A stretch of 63,958 bases of DNA, filler included, from an uncultured Myxococcia bacterium (GTDB lineage Bacteria; CAZTWC01): assembly GCA_964617105.1 (NCBI GenBank). It is 4 parts of 4 records of this genome, joined end to end, with 100 filler letters (N's around TTAATTAATTAA, not from the genome) between each part and the next. Parts side by side here need not be neighbours in the genome. Positions count along the whole stretch, not along the records: positions 1 to 18,829 come from CAZTWC010000044.1; 3 more parts are not named here. One strand, given 5' to 3'. Position numbers and translations under genes: made by a program. Positions 1-10,700 of the stretch are shown here, in pieces. Numbering within the stretch: the first letter of the stretch is position 1; the number at the start of each line of letters is the position of its first letter. The notes beneath the pieces are model-generated. The model was not told the origin of the DNA. It worked only from the letters and a program-made list of their open reading frames with translations, and searched no databases.

Positions 1-62
1 GCTTTTTCGGTGATGTAGGATAGTGTAGTCAATTTCCACACAGATCAAGTCTTCTTCGCTAC

Positions 63-92
63 TTGACAAAATTGGCTTAAAATGATTATCTT
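63..92 (+). promoter_or_regulatory. Putative sigma70 promoter (TTGACA-N18-TATCTT) for the GGDEF gene
   Basis: TTGACA at 63-68, TG-a-t-TATCTT at 87-92; ATG at 101 has no obvious SD. Confidence 0.4.
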
Positions 93-100
93 TTATTGAT

Positions 101-1045
101 ATGGATAATAAAAATTGTCAATATAATAACTGCCAAGATGACTTTCCGGATGAAGATCTGTCCAATGCCTCGACTTCAACTCTGCTAAAAAAGATAAAAG
201 CGTTGGAAAAACAGTGTAATCAATACCAAAAACTGCTACACCAGGTTGACGATTACCGGAAGAAAATCAACGAAAGCCGCAAGGAGATAAGACGGGAACG
301 CAACCGTTATGAACGGTTAAATAGTGAATTGGAAACCAAAAACCAGGAACTTATCAACCTGCTAAACAAGGTGGATCAGTTCAAGGATGATATAAAGCAA
401 AAAAATATTGAACTCAGGCGGGAACGCCGTAAAATGGAACGGCTGAACATAAAATTAGAACAAAACAACAACGAACTGGAAAAGAAAAATAATGAGTTGA
501 AAGAGTTGACCGAAAAACTCACTTTGATGGCTCGAACCGATCCCCTTACCAAACTCAACAACCGGGGCTACTTCCATGATCAATTAAAAGCCCTCTTTAA
601 TATCTCCGTGCAAGATAATAGTGAAATGGCCTGTATTCTTTTCGATATCGACAAATTTAAACTTTTAAACGATAACTACGGTCATCAGCAGGGAGATGAA
701 GTACTGATAGAAATATCCTATGTTATTACCACTTATTCTATGGCCAATGCAGTTTGCGCCAGGTACGGAGGCGAAGAGTTTGTGATTCTTCTCCCCAATA
801 CCTCATTCTCTCTGGCAATAGAACAGGCCGAACAGTTAAGAAAAGCGATTAACGATTTCTCCTTTACCAATGTATTTGACCCAAAAAATCCTTTAACCGT
901 AACAGTCAGCCTGGGTGTCAGCGCCCGGCAAGAACTAGGAATTAAAACTGAAGAGGAGTTGGTTTCTCTGTCAGACAAGGCTCTCTATTGGGCAAAAGAT
1001 CATGGCCGTAACCAGGTATGTGGCTATTCAGAAGATATTTCTTAA
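101..1045 (+). CDS. Diguanylate cyclase (N-terminal coiled coil + GGDEF domain)
   Basis: TDPLT.L.NR, DIDKFK..ND.YGH..GD, RYGGEEF, SLGV, ALY.AK..GRN motifs; no RxxD I-site upstream of GGEEF. Confidence 0.93.
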   Translation: MDNKNCQYNNCQDDFPDEDLSNASTSTLLKKIKALEKQCNQYQKLLHQVDDYRKKINESRKEIRRERNRYERLNSELETKNQELINLLNKVDQFKDDIKQKNIELRRERRKMERLNIKLEQNNNELEKKNNELKELTEKLTLMARTDPLTKLNNRGYFHDQLKALFNISVQDNSEMACILFDIDKFKLLNDNYGHQQGDEVLIEISYVITTYSMANAVCARYGGEEFVILLPNTSFSLAIEQAEQLRKAINDFSFTNVFDPKNPLTVTVSLGVSARQELGIKTEEELVSLSDKALYWAKDHGRNQVCGYSEDIS

Positions 1046-1114
1046 GCAACCGGCATCCGTCTAGTCAACCCGGGTATTCTTTTCATTCTTAAAAACTGCG
1101 AACTATTCTTAACT

Positions 1115-3247
1115 ATGAAAATCAACAATTCAGAAGGAACCCTGATTATTTACCGGGATGGCCGCAAAACTGAAATTGGAATTGTGGCCGGTGAAAAAAA
1201 GGAAAAGCTGGTGGTGGTTAACTCCAAGAGTGCATCCACTGCCATAAAAATGGAACGAATAATCTTTTCCAAGGGTCACTTTTGTCAAAAGGGGACGGTT
1301 CTGGCCCGGGGAAAAGAAAGCCTGGCCCAATTACAAAAAAATGTTCAAAAGAATTCGGAAACTATTGATCTGGCCGAATTGTGGGAATTGTTGGTGGATG
1401 AAGAGGATAGTTTGTCTTTGGAGGAGATGGCCAGTTATTTGACCGATAGTCCGGCAGTAGAGGAGGTGGTTGCTCTTAATCAAACGCTGGGGGAAAACTC
1501 TACCTATTTTAAATTAAAAGGGGAGTTGTTTTCATTATGCTCCAGGGAAGCGGTGGAAGAGAGTTTAAGGCAAAAAGAGGCAATCCAAAAACGGCTGGAA
1601 TATCAAAAACTCTTTATCCAAAATGTGCTGGGTGCTCTCGGGAAAGAGGAAGGAACGCTGTCTTCGCTGGAAAACGAATTCCCTGATAGTTTAGACCTTT
1701 TACGCCAATACGCTGCCTGGCAATCATCTTTTCAACGTAAAGAAGAAGCGGATAGAATAATAGAACTCTTGCTGGAGGAAAAAAAGCGATACACTAACTC
1801 CAAAAAGCCAAATGAGCCCAGAGAAAACCAAAAAAACACTGAACTTCCTTTTCCCCTTTGGCAACAAGGCCAACCCTTTGAAATTGCCTTTAAAATTCTG
1901 GTCAATTTGGGGCTGCTAGACAAAAATGAAAACCTGGGATTAATAAAACACAACATCAGACCCGTTTTCTCCAAATCCCTGCTGCAGTACAGTGAAACCG
2001 TAATTAAACCCGGGAAAGAGAACCATCTTGTAGAAGATAATTTTTACCGCTCCCATTTAGACCTCCCCATTGTCACCATTGATGACCCTGATACCCAAGA
2101 AGTAGACGATGGTGTGAGCCTGAGTCGCCTGGAAAATGGCTGGGAGATAGGTGTACATATCGCTGATCCTGGTTTTTTAGTCCAGATAGATGACCCCCTG
2201 GACCGGGAGGCTTATGCCCGCGCCTCTACCCTCTATTTGCCTGACAGACCCATTTATATGCTTCCTAAAGATATCTCCTGCCAGGCTGCCAGCCTGGTTG
2301 CTGGCCAGAAACGCCGGGCTATATCCTTTTTTATCCATCTGAATAACTCGCCAGATGAGCCGCCACAATTGCGTATTACCCCCTCTATTATCCGGGTAAA
2401 GCAGAGAATGGATTATCAGCAAGTAGACAGAATTCTGGAAGGGGTAGAGGAGGACAATTTTCAGTTAAATAAGCTGTTTCTGCTGGCTGAAAAGTTGCGT
2501 CATAAACGGCTTCCAGATAATTTTGTTTTTTTTAACGAAAAGGAGTTGAAGATAAAATTTGACTCCGAGGAAAATCCCCTCATCCAATATATCGAGCCCA
2601 ACACCCCCTCCAGACGCCTGGTGGCGGAATTGATGATCTGGACTAACCATCTGTGCGCTCGATTTTTCATGCAAAACCAGATACCCGCGATCTACCGCCG
2701 ACAACCAGCCCCTCAAGAAACCGTCCCTTTTCAGGGCGAGGTCACATCACCTTTTCAGATCTACCGGTTGCGGAGGATGCTCAGTAAAACCGAGATAGAG
2801 TTAAAGCCAGGTTTCCACTGGGGTCTGAATCTGGAAGAGTATGCCCAGGTTACCTCACCCTTAAGGCGTTACGGCGACATGGTGGCACTACGGCAACTCA
2901 AATCCTTCCTGAAAGATGGTACTCCGGTTTATGAAGAAGAGGAGATATGGAAAATCGGGCTGGAGATGGAACGGGGGCAAATATTACTAAAAAAACTGGA
3001 GCGGGAGCGCCGTGACTTCTGGCTGTTTAAATACTTACAAAAAAATATGCTAAAAAAAGAGAGTCCAGCAATAATATTAGAGAAGGAAAAAGCCTTTTAC
3101 AAAGTTGCACTCACCGATTACCAATGCTATGTCAATTTATATGATCGGACTCACAGTTCTCCAGGAGACAATACCAGGGTAACCATCCATGCGGTTAATC
3201 CTTTTAGAAGAAAATTAGTTCTAAAGGAGATCAATTACAAAAGTTGA
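1115..3247 (+). CDS. RNB-domain exoribonuclease (RNase II/R family)
   Basis: TIDDPDTQEVDDG catalytic motif, VHIAD, STLYLP, LVAELMI, HWGL...Y.QVTSPLRRYGD. Confidence 0.9.
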   Translation: MKINNSEGTLIIYRDGRKTEIGIVAGEKKEKLVVVNSKSASTAIKMERIIFSKGHFCQKGTVLARGKESLAQLQKNVQKNSETIDLAELWELLVDEEDSLSLEEMASYLTDSPAVEEVVALNQTLGENSTYFKLKGELFSLCSREAVEESLRQKEAIQKRLEYQKLFIQNVLGALGKEEGTLSSLENEFPDSLDLLRQYAAWQSSFQRKEEADRIIELLLEEKKRYTNSKKPNEPRENQKNTELPFPLWQQGQPFEIAFKILVNLGLLDKNENLGLIKHNIRPVFSKSLLQYSETVIKPGKENHLVEDNFYRSHLDLPIVTIDDPDTQEVDDGVSLSRLENGWEIGVHIADPGFLVQIDDPLDREAYARASTLYLPDRPIYMLPKDISCQAASLVAGQKRRAISFFIHLNNSPDEPPQLRITPSIIRVKQRMDYQQVDRILEGVEEDNFQLNKLFLLAEKLRHKRLPDNFVFFNEKELKIKFDSEENPLIQYIEPNTPSRRLVAELMIWTNHLCARFFMQNQIPAIYRRQPAPQETVPFQGEVTSPFQIYRLRRMLSKTEIELKPGFHWGLNLEEYAQVTSPLRRYGDMVALRQLKSFLKDGTPVYEEEEIWKIGLEMERGQILLKKLERERRDFWLFKYLQKNMLKKESPAIILEKEKAFYKVALTDYQCYVNLYDRTHSSPGDNTRVTIHAVNPFRRKLVLKEINYKS

Positions 3248-3281
3248 TCAGTTTTACCAGTAGGTTATGAGAGGTGAAACC

Positions 3282-4697
3282 ATGAAAATATACAACACCA
3301 TGTCCCGCCAGGTGGAAAACTTTTTACCGATTGAAAAGGGTAAAATAAGGCTCTACACTTGCGGCCCCACGGTTTATAACTATGCTCATATCGGCAATTT
3401 GCGCACTTTTATGTTTGAAGATTTTCTTAAACGCTCTCTGGAATATTTGGGTTTTGAAGTGCGCCATGTGATGAATATTACCGATGTGGGCCACCTGGTG
3501 TCTGATGCTGACCAGGGAGAAGATAAAATGGAAAAAGGAGCCCGGCGGGAAAAAAAATCGGTCTGGGAGATAGCCCAGTTCTATACCGAAGAGGTGCAGA
3601 AGGATTTTGCCGCCCTGAACATCAAGCCCCCAACAGTATGGTGCAAGGCCACTGATCATATCCAGGAACAGATGGACCTGATTAATAGACTGGAAGAGGC
3701 TAATTTCACCTACAAAATTGAAGACGGTATCTACATGGATACCGATAAGTTGGCTAATTACGGCAAATTGGCCCGGCTTGACAAAAGCAACCTGAAGGCC
3801 GGCGCCCGGGTAGAAACTTCATCGGGAAAACGTAACCCGGTTACCGATTTTGCCCTCTGGAAATTCTCGCCAACCGATCAAAAACGGCAGATGGAGTGGG
3901 ACTCTCCCTGGGGTAGAGGTTTTCCCGGCTGGCATATTGAATGTTCTGCTATGGCCATAAAATACCTGGGTGATAACATCGATATCCATTGCGGTGGAGT
4001 TGACCATATCCCCATCCACCATACTAATGAAATAGCCCAGGTGGAGGCGGTTACCGGTAAAACCTGGGTCAATTACTGGATGCACGGCGAGTTTTTGGTG
4101 GTGGGCAAAGATATTAAGATGTCAAAATCACAAGATAATTTTCTATCTTTGGCAGAGTTAAAACGCCAGGGATTCGCTCCAACAGCTTACCGCCTCTTTG
4201 TGTTAGGCGCCCATTATCGTAACCCTCAGACCTTTTCCATGGAGGGGCTCAACTGCGCTCAGTTATCCTGGCGGCGACTACAAAACATAATGCGCTGCTT
4301 AAAAGAGAATTTTGAAACTGCGCCTCCTGCCCGGGAAGAGATAATCGGAAAATGGAAAGAAAAATTCAGCCAGGCAGTTGGCAACGATCTTAATATGCCC
4401 CAGGCACTGAGCATACTATGGACCGCCCTGCAAGACAATGAACTGGGATTTCGGGAGAAATGGGAATTAGCTCTGGACTTCGACCAGGTATTGGGCTTGC
4501 AACTGGAAGAGGCTGCCCACTCCTGTGCTCAGGATGAGGTGGAGATGAACGAGGAGATCGAAAAGATGATCCAAGCCCGGGAAAAAGCCAGAAAAGAAAA
4601 AAACTGGGCTGTAGCCGATTGTGTTCGCGATGAACTAAAGTCCATGGGTATAGTTTTGGAGGATACACCAGAGGGAGTTAGGTGGCGCAAGGGTTAG
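3282..4697 (+). CDS. cysS: Cysteine--tRNA ligase
   Basis: YTCGPTVY, HIGN, DFALWK, PGWHIECSAM, KMSKS; start moved to ATG 3282 after GAGGTG SD. Confidence 0.97.
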   Translation: MKIYNTMSRQVENFLPIEKGKIRLYTCGPTVYNYAHIGNLRTFMFEDFLKRSLEYLGFEVRHVMNITDVGHLVSDADQGEDKMEKGARREKKSVWEIAQFYTEEVQKDFAALNIKPPTVWCKATDHIQEQMDLINRLEEANFTYKIEDGIYMDTDKLANYGKLARLDKSNLKAGARVETSSGKRNPVTDFALWKFSPTDQKRQMEWDSPWGRGFPGWHIECSAMAIKYLGDNIDIHCGGVDHIPIHHTNEIAQVEAVTGKTWVNYWMHGEFLVVGKDIKMSKSQDNFLSLAELKRQGFAPTAYRLFVLGAHYRNPQTFSMEGLNCAQLSWRRLQNIMRCLKENFETAPPAREEIIGKWKEKFSQAVGNDLNMPQALSILWTALQDNELGFREKWELALDFDQVLGLQLEEAAHSCAQDEVEMNEEIEKMIQAREKARKEKNWAVADCVRDELKSMGIVLEDTPEGVRWRKG

Positions 4698-4815
4698 ACG
4701 AAGTGAATTTTCGGACGGTAACAAGGTAATGAAAATCTAATACCCCCTCAGTTTTTTTATATATCCAACAAAATCCACAGAGCAGTTATCTTAACAATTT
4801 CAAACTGTTATACAA

Positions 4816-4831
4816 TGGCACAGTTATTGCT
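4816..4831 (+). promoter_or_regulatory. Sigma-54 (-24/-12) promoter
   Basis: TGGCAC-AGTTA-TTGCT matches TGGCAC-N5-TTGCW consensus, about 95 nt upstream of the lipoprotein start. Confidence 0.7.
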
Positions 4832-4924
4832 ATAAATTTAAGCGGAGAGAACACTCCTCAAAGATATCAGATTTTTGTTAACTAAACTAAACATAATGAG
4901 TTCTTAACCATGATGGAGGAAAAA

Positions 4925-7900
4925 ATGGCTAACCGAAAAAAAACATTGTTTCTATTTATGACCCTGGTCGCCCTGTTCATGTTGGTGGTTTATCTGCCCG
5001 GCTGCGGCAGCACGGTGAGCAAAAAAAAAGGGGGAGATACCGGAGAGGGAATCACCGTTGACCCGGGCGACAAAGTAGATGCCGACAAAGTGGGCGATAC
5101 CGAGAATTACCATCCCGGCCAGACCGACTTTGTTTCCGGTTCTACCAGCGGACAAGGGGGGGGCGATGACGGCATGATGGAAGAGGGCGCCAGAAACGAT
5201 ACCACTTTGGGTGATGCACCACCGCAAGCCGGCGGCGGCACTAGTGAGTCGAAAAGTGCAGACGCCGGAGCGCCAGGAGCGCCCCAGGGCAGGGTTGGCG
5301 ATGTGGAGGAAGCCGATCTCTACCGCATTGATGGCAAATATATGTTTCTGCTAAATACCTACCGCGGCTTTATGACCTTTGATATCTCGGATCCCAAAAA
5401 TCCCAAAAAATTGGGCTCCCTGGGAGTTTATGGTTACCCCATTGAGATGTTCGTGGAAAACGACCAGGTATTTGCCCTGATTAGCGATGCCCTGATCCTG
5501 CGTAAAAGCGACACTGGAAAGATGGAGTTTGAAAAGTTAAACATCAGCCAGTTGGTGAGTATCGACATCTCTGACAAAGAGAAGCCCAAAACCATTCAAT
5601 CCTTTGATATTAAAGGAAAACTACAGGAAGGTAAATCGCGCAAGGTTGAAGATACTATCTATCTGGTGTCTAATCAGTACAAATCCTACTGGTGGGGATG
5701 GGACTATGAACGGGATGATCCAAATCAAAAACGGGAGGATGCAGTTTATGTCTACTCTTTTGATGTGTCGGATCCAAACAAAATTAAAGAGGTTGATAAA
5801 CTCAACCTGCTAAGTAAATTTGAAAATACCACCGAAAATGGATTGAGCATCAGTTACTACCGCTCCGATCTGCAGATATCTGCCACTGCCAATGCGCTGC
5901 TGGTGGCCCAAAATGGACGCTATAATGAAAGAACAAACTATCAAAACAACAGCCCGGAGAAAACCGAGGACTTTGATGGCGATAGAGATGATGTAGAGGA
6001 AAAAGTTGAGGGGCCAAGTTCTGGCAGCGGCAGCACTTCAGATGCAGAATACAGGTGCTCCCACTATAAAAATTTCGATGTAACTGACATCTCCATTGTG
6101 GATATCTCCGATCCTAAAGGACAAATCAGTGTGTACAGCAAATTCCGGCTGGATGGTAAAATCAACGATCAGTTTAAGATGACCTACAAGGTGGACGAAA
6201 AAAGCGGTGATGCCTATGTTTTTGCTGTCACCCGTATGAACAAGAGCGAACGGAATCAAACAGACTGCAAATACTCCAATATAAACCGCAACATGGTTTA
6301 CTCGGTGGATGTAAAAGATGGCCAGAAACCCCAGGTGGTGGATGAGTTGATCATTGGTAAAACCGAAGACAACGAGACCGTAAAAGGCTCTCTGTTCAGG
6401 AGCGATGATACCCTGTTTGCCATCACCTCCCGCCGGATAGATCCCCTGTATGTTATTAGCCTCAAAGATCCAAAAGATTTGAAGATATTGAGCATGATCG
6501 ATGGGCTGAGCGGAGATATCAACGTATTCCGCTTTATCGAAGGAGAAAAATATTTACTGGGTATCGGCCGCGATACCTCCAGCAGTTGCAAGGGTTTCTC
6601 CACCGAAGTTATCAACTCACGGGTAGCGGCCAGCATCGTGGATATCAGCGATTTGAACAATATAAAACTGGTGCAAAGAGCCTGCGTGTTAATCGAGGGC
6701 GCTAAAAACTCCCACTCTGATGTCAACTGGAACCTGGACCAGGCCCACAAGATGATCAGCCTGTATGACAGCCAGGACACCAATATCCTCACCATTCCGG
6801 TGCAGGCCTGGGTAAAGGGTGAAAAGGGAAGCGAATATCCCTGGGGTCACTATGTAACCGCCATTGGAATTATGACCTGGGATACCACTAAATACGATGA
6901 AACTAAAAAACCGGATGATCAGGAAGTTATGCAAAACCGGGGCAGTATCATTCACCCCAACGGCAAGGTTAAACGCACGGTGGTCACTGACCGTCAGGAT
7001 GTTAAAGATGAGCAGATGATCTTAAATATTTCCGACACCCACTTAAGTTTTGTGGATATCCACGACCTGGCCAAACCTTTTATCATCTCCACCCTGGAGT
7101 TGGCCGCCAACAACCGTAACATTTTCCAGTTCGGCGACTATCTGGTCAAGCAAATTGCCCATGGTGACTACACCTATGGATACGATGGCGACCGGGAGAG
7201 CAATGAGTTCAGAGTGGTAAAAAAAGATTCTCAGGCTGATGACAGTGAGGTGGTAGCCTCTTTTAGCGCCGGCGCGGTAACCCGGGCGGTAAAAGCTGGT
7301 GACAACCTGGTACTCTTTAGGGTAAAATACAACTCCAAATACGCTAATGAGAGAGATCCTAGTAAACCCTACGACTATACCCAAAATTACCATACCACAG
7401 TGACCATATGGAGCCTCAAAGACCCCATAAATCCCAAAAAACTGGGGGAGATCTCCGATAGGCGCTACCTATACTTTTCCTACGACCGGTATGGCGGTGG
7501 CGGCGGATATGGCGGTGGTGGCGGGGTTCGCGAAGGTGGAATTGCCACCGATGGCGCAGAAGTGTCCATGCCTATGGTCTGCAGCAACTGTGGATGGTGG
7601 TGGGGTCCTTACTATGCCGGCGACAACCTGGTGGTGCTGAAAGACTCCATCCACATCACTCAGCAAAAATCCTGGTCAGAGTATTACTGGGTGGACAAAG
7701 ATGGCAAAGAGGTAGAGGTAACCGAACCCACAGGTGATATGAAAAATGATGATGGAGAACGTGATGGTGAGAAAAAGAAAGAGGAAGAGGAAGATTTTTA
7801 TAATAAATATAAACGCCGTTACCGCTATCTGAGTACCACCTACATGCACACTCTGGACCTGCGCGATACTCAAAAGCCCCAATTCTACCAGCCGGTGGAA

Positions 7901-8704
7901 ATGAAAGAGAAAAATGTTATCGGACTTTTACCTTCCCCTGAAGGGAAATCCTTTTACATGAACTATCGCGAAGCTCAAGAAAGGAATAAGCCGGAAGATC
8001 CCATGTACTACAAATATTACACTATTAAATGGGATGCCTCTGACCCATCAAACCTGACTAAGGGAACCAGCATCAATGTGCCGGGCGAAGTGGAGAAAAT
8101 TTTTCTCAAAGATAAGGAAACCCGGCTGTTGAGCCTGGATTACCAGTATTACAAGTTTACCGACCCTCAGAACAGCAAACAAGAATATACCTACACCCGC
8201 CGCTCCTACAACTTGTTGCGCATAATCAACCAGGGTGGTAAAACCATGGCCGAACTTTTGCATACATACAAGCTGAACGACTGGCAGGTTAACAGCACCG
8301 CTATTTCCAAAGACAATCAGATCTCCCTGATAGTGGATCTGCCCTACTTTATTCTCAGAGCGCTGTTTGGCGATAAATATTGGCAAAATCAATATGACCG
8401 GATGATGATCCTCGACTTTTCCGGCGACCAGATTGTATCCAAGTTTAATGGAGAAACCAAGTTGCAGTATTCCAGACTGCTGGGTGCCAGCGATGACTAC
8501 CTGTTTATCTATGTTAACGGCCTGGGAATATTGACTATCGACAAAACCGATGCTGCCAAACCAGTGGCCAAATTCTTCACCCGTACCATGGGGTGGCTCA
8601 ACACCATGTTGGTGGACGACAAATACGCCTTTGTCCCCGCCGGCCTGTATGGGCTCTATGCCATTGACTTGGGAGGAATCGGAAATATCGAAATAACCAA
8701 ATAA
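4925..8704 (+). CDS. Large secreted lipoprotein with beta-propeller domain (Beta_propel-like)
   Basis: Signal peptide with LPGC lipobox; VEEAD.Y..DG, DISDP..P repeats, IDPLYVI.L.DP..LK typical of this family; GGAGG SD before ATG 4925. Confidence 0.8.
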   Translation: MANRKKTLFLFMTLVALFMLVVYLPGCGSTVSKKKGGDTGEGITVDPGDKVDADKVGDTENYHPGQTDFVSGSTSGQGGGDDGMMEEGARNDTTLGDAPPQAGGGTSESKSADAGAPGAPQGRVGDVEEADLYRIDGKYMFLLNTYRGFMTFDISDPKNPKKLGSLGVYGYPIEMFVENDQVFALISDALILRKSDTGKMEFEKLNISQLVSIDISDKEKPKTIQSFDIKGKLQEGKSRKVEDTIYLVSNQYKSYWWGWDYERDDPNQKREDAVYVYSFDVSDPNKIKEVDKLNLLSKFENTTENGLSISYYRSDLQISATANALLVAQNGRYNERTNYQNNSPEKTEDFDGDRDDVEEKVEGPSSGSGSTSDAEYRCSHYKNFDVTDISIVDISDPKGQISVYSKFRLDGKINDQFKMTYKVDEKSGDAYVFAVTRMNKSERNQTDCKYSNINRNMVYSVDVKDGQKPQVVDELIIGKTEDNETVKGSLFRSDDTLFAITSRRIDPLYVISLKDPKDLKILSMIDGLSGDINVFRFIEGEKYLLGIGRDTSSSCKGFSTEVINSRVAASIVDISDLNNIKLVQRACVLIEGAKNSHSDVNWNLDQAHKMISLYDSQDTNILTIPVQAWVKGEKGSEYPWGHYVTAIGIMTWDTTKYDETKKPDDQEVMQNRGSIIHPNGKVKRTVVTDRQDVKDEQMILNISDTHLSFVDIHDLAKPFIISTLELAANNRNIFQFGDYLVKQIAHGDYTYGYDGDRESNEFRVVKKDSQADDSEVVASFSAGAVTRAVKAGDNLVLFRVKYNSKYANERDPSKPYDYTQNYHTTVTIWSLKDPINPKKLGEISDRRYLYFSYDRYGGGGGYGGGGGVREGGIATDGAEVSMPMVCSNCGWWWGPYYAGDNLVVLKDSIHITQQKSWSEYYWVDKDGKEVEVTEPTGDMKNDDGERDGEKKKEEEEDFYNKYKRRYRYLSTTYMHTLDLRDTQKPQFYQPVEMKEKNVIGLLPSPEGKSFYMNYREAQERNKPEDPMYYKYYTIKWDASDPSNLTKGTSINVPGEVEKIFLKDKETRLLSLDYQYYKFTDPQNSKQEYTYTRRSYNLLRIINQGGKTMAELLHTYKLNDWQVNSTAISKDNQISLIVDLPYFILRALFGDKYWQNQYDRMMILDFSGDQIVSKFNGETKLQYSRLLGASDDYLFIYVNGLGILTIDKTDAAKPVAKFFTRTMGWLNTMLVDDKYAFVPAGLYGLYAIDLGGIGNIEITK

Positions 8705-8708
8705 CCAA

Positions 8709-8750
8709 TTAGATGAGCCGGGCGGTTATTCTGAACCGCTCGGCATCTAA
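8709..8750. terminator. Long GC-rich hairpin after lipoprotein gene (terminator or mRNA stabiliser)
   Basis: TTAGATG-A-GCCGGGCGGTT / AACCGCTCGGC-ATCTAA inverted repeat; no strong U-tract. Confidence 0.6.
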
Positions 8751-8931
8751 ATCCCAGGAAATCTCTCTAAGAAAAAAAAATGGATTAGTTTTGATAAAAA
8801 AAAAAGTTTGTAATTTTTTTGCTTTTCTCAATTTTTCCGATAAACTTGTTAATATCAAATTGACAAAAATATTTGGGGGGAGTTTTTAGACAAGATTTTT
8901 ACCATGTCCAAATCCAAATGGGGAAGAGAAG

Positions 8932-9348
8932 ATGAGAATCAAATCGAGAATTGTAGACAATGATATTGTGGTGATGGAACTGGCAGGAAGTTTCAATTTC
9001 GCCTCTACAACCAAATTCGCGGAGGAGAGAAAGAGATATACCGGCCTGAACTATAAATATTTCGTTATCGATTTCCACAAGGTGAATCGGGTGGAGTCAG
9101 TAGGCTTCAGAGAACTTTTAATCCTGTTGAACCACATCCGTGAACATAAGGGCGAATTCGTCTTTTGCGATATGTCCGATTTTCTCTCTTACTGCTTTGA
9201 ATCTTTGGGGATTAAAAAAATTATCAAATACTGCCTGGTTCAACAGGGAGCAATTGATTACATCCAAACCCAAAAACAGACCAAACCTGAATTGGTGACG
9301 GCAAAAGTCACAAATGCCAGGGTCTTTCAGCAGACTCACGCCTTATAA
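8932..9348 (+). CDS. STAS-domain protein (anti-sigma factor antagonist)
   Basis: VVMELAG.F, FVIDF..V..VES.G phospho-Ser motif, size 138 aa. Confidence 0.8.
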   Translation: MRIKSRIVDNDIVVMELAGSFNFASTTKFAEERKRYTGLNYKYFVIDFHKVNRVESVGFRELLILLNHIREHKGEFVFCDMSDFLSYCFESLGIKKIIKYCLVQQGAIDYIQTQKQTKPELVTAKVTNARVFQQTHAL

Positions 9349-9420
9349 CTTCAGTTGACTACAAGAGCAGCCAATCAATCCACAGTTATATTCTAGCGGC
9401 TCTCAATTATCACATCATAC

Positions 9421-10626
9421 TTACAGATGCAACGCCTTCAATTTAGTATACTTGAAAAGGTAAGCCACCACTATACCAATGCCAAAACCAACCGCTAAAT
9501 TAGTGGCTAGTGAGACTCCCAGCATCACTATTACTACAAACAGGTCCAGGCGCTCTTTGACGTCCATAATCATCATGGCCAATTGGACGCCGGCAAAGCA
9601 AAGCAGGGCTCCCAGAATCGAAAACGGTAATAATTTAAAAATACCTATAGCCATATCTCCAAACATAGTGGCAACGGCGAGAAAAATAGCACCTATGATT
9701 AAATTAGAGCCAGCAGTCCTGGCGCCGAAACGATAGTGGGCTGCCAATCCGCCGGCGCCGTGACACAACGGCATGCCGCCCAAAAAACCGGTCATAATAT
9801 TCATTAGCCCCATTGAGATGGCCAGCGCTCGCGGGGTGCAGCGCTTTGATAGGTCCGGGCCAAAATATTCGCGGGTTAAATCGGTCTGAGCCACCACTGC
9901 GTTTCCTATGGTCATGGGAATCTGCGGTAAAGCCAGGGCAGTTAATCCAATAACAATTTCTGATGCGCCTGGCCATCCAGAAAACAAGGGCTGGGGCAGA
10001 TACAGACCAAAATGAATCCCATCTAGATTACGCCAACCTCCCAGCAAAACACCTGCCATAGATCCACCAATAACTACTACCAGGGCGGCTGGGACCATCC
10101 GGTTTTCCAAAAGGACAAAAATCAAAACCACTGCCGCCAACCCCAGGATAACCCCAAGAGAAACCGGACCCAGGTAGGTAGTGGTTAGCAAATATTCAAC
10201 ACTTCCGGGACCCACCGGCAAATTGGTCTCTCCCAGTATGAGTTTGACCCCCTGGGTGAATAAAAGTATACCGGTGACTAGTTGGACACCTCGAATTGTC
10301 GACTTGGGCACTATCTTGCCTACCAAAGTTATCAAGCCGGTTATGGCCAAAAGGAGCAATAGCCCACTGATCCACAAAGCAGAAATTGATATTTGCTCTG
10401 GACTGGCAGCGCTGGCAATAGCATAGGCACCAATCACCTTCATGGGCTGAACAGGAACGGTGATTCGAAAATATAAGCCACTTAGAATGTAAAACCAACC
10501 AATACAGAAAAAAACCGCCGTGGAATCCAGGCCGTTCAAGAGGATCATCCCAAAAGCCAAAGGTAGAAGTGTCCCCAGATCACCAAGAGAACCCGCCACT
10601 TCTTGCCGATTAAAACGAAGATTCAA
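9421..10626 (-). CDS. Putative molybdate/sulfate transporter (MOT1 family)
   Basis: E.AGSLGDLGTLLP, PVQPMK, GGMPLCHGAGGLAAHYRFGART signatures; about 10 TM helices; TTG start. Confidence 0.88.
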   Translation of the reverse strand: MNLRFNRQEVAGSLGDLGTLLPLAFGMILLNGLDSTAVFFCIGWFYILSGLYFRITVPVQPMKVIGAYAIASAASPEQISISALWISGLLLLLAITGLITLVGKIVPKSTIRGVQLVTGILLFTQGVKLILGETNLPVGPGSVEYLLTTTYLGPVSLGVILGLAAVVLIFVLLENRMVPAALVVVIGGSMAGVLLGGWRNLDGIHFGLYLPQPLFSGWPGASEIVIGLTALALPQIPMTIGNAVVAQTDLTREYFGPDLSKRCTPRALAISMGLMNIMTGFLGGMPLCHGAGGLAAHYRFGARTAGSNLIIGAIFLAVATMFGDMAIGIFKLLPFSILGALLCFAGVQLAMMIMDVKERLDLFVVIVMLGVSLATNLAVGFGIGIVVAYLFKYTKLKALHL

Positions 10627-10700
10627 TTAGAAACTCCCGTCTATCAATAAAAAAATAGTAATTATTCAGATTATATCGATTTGCAGTAATACTGCCCTTA

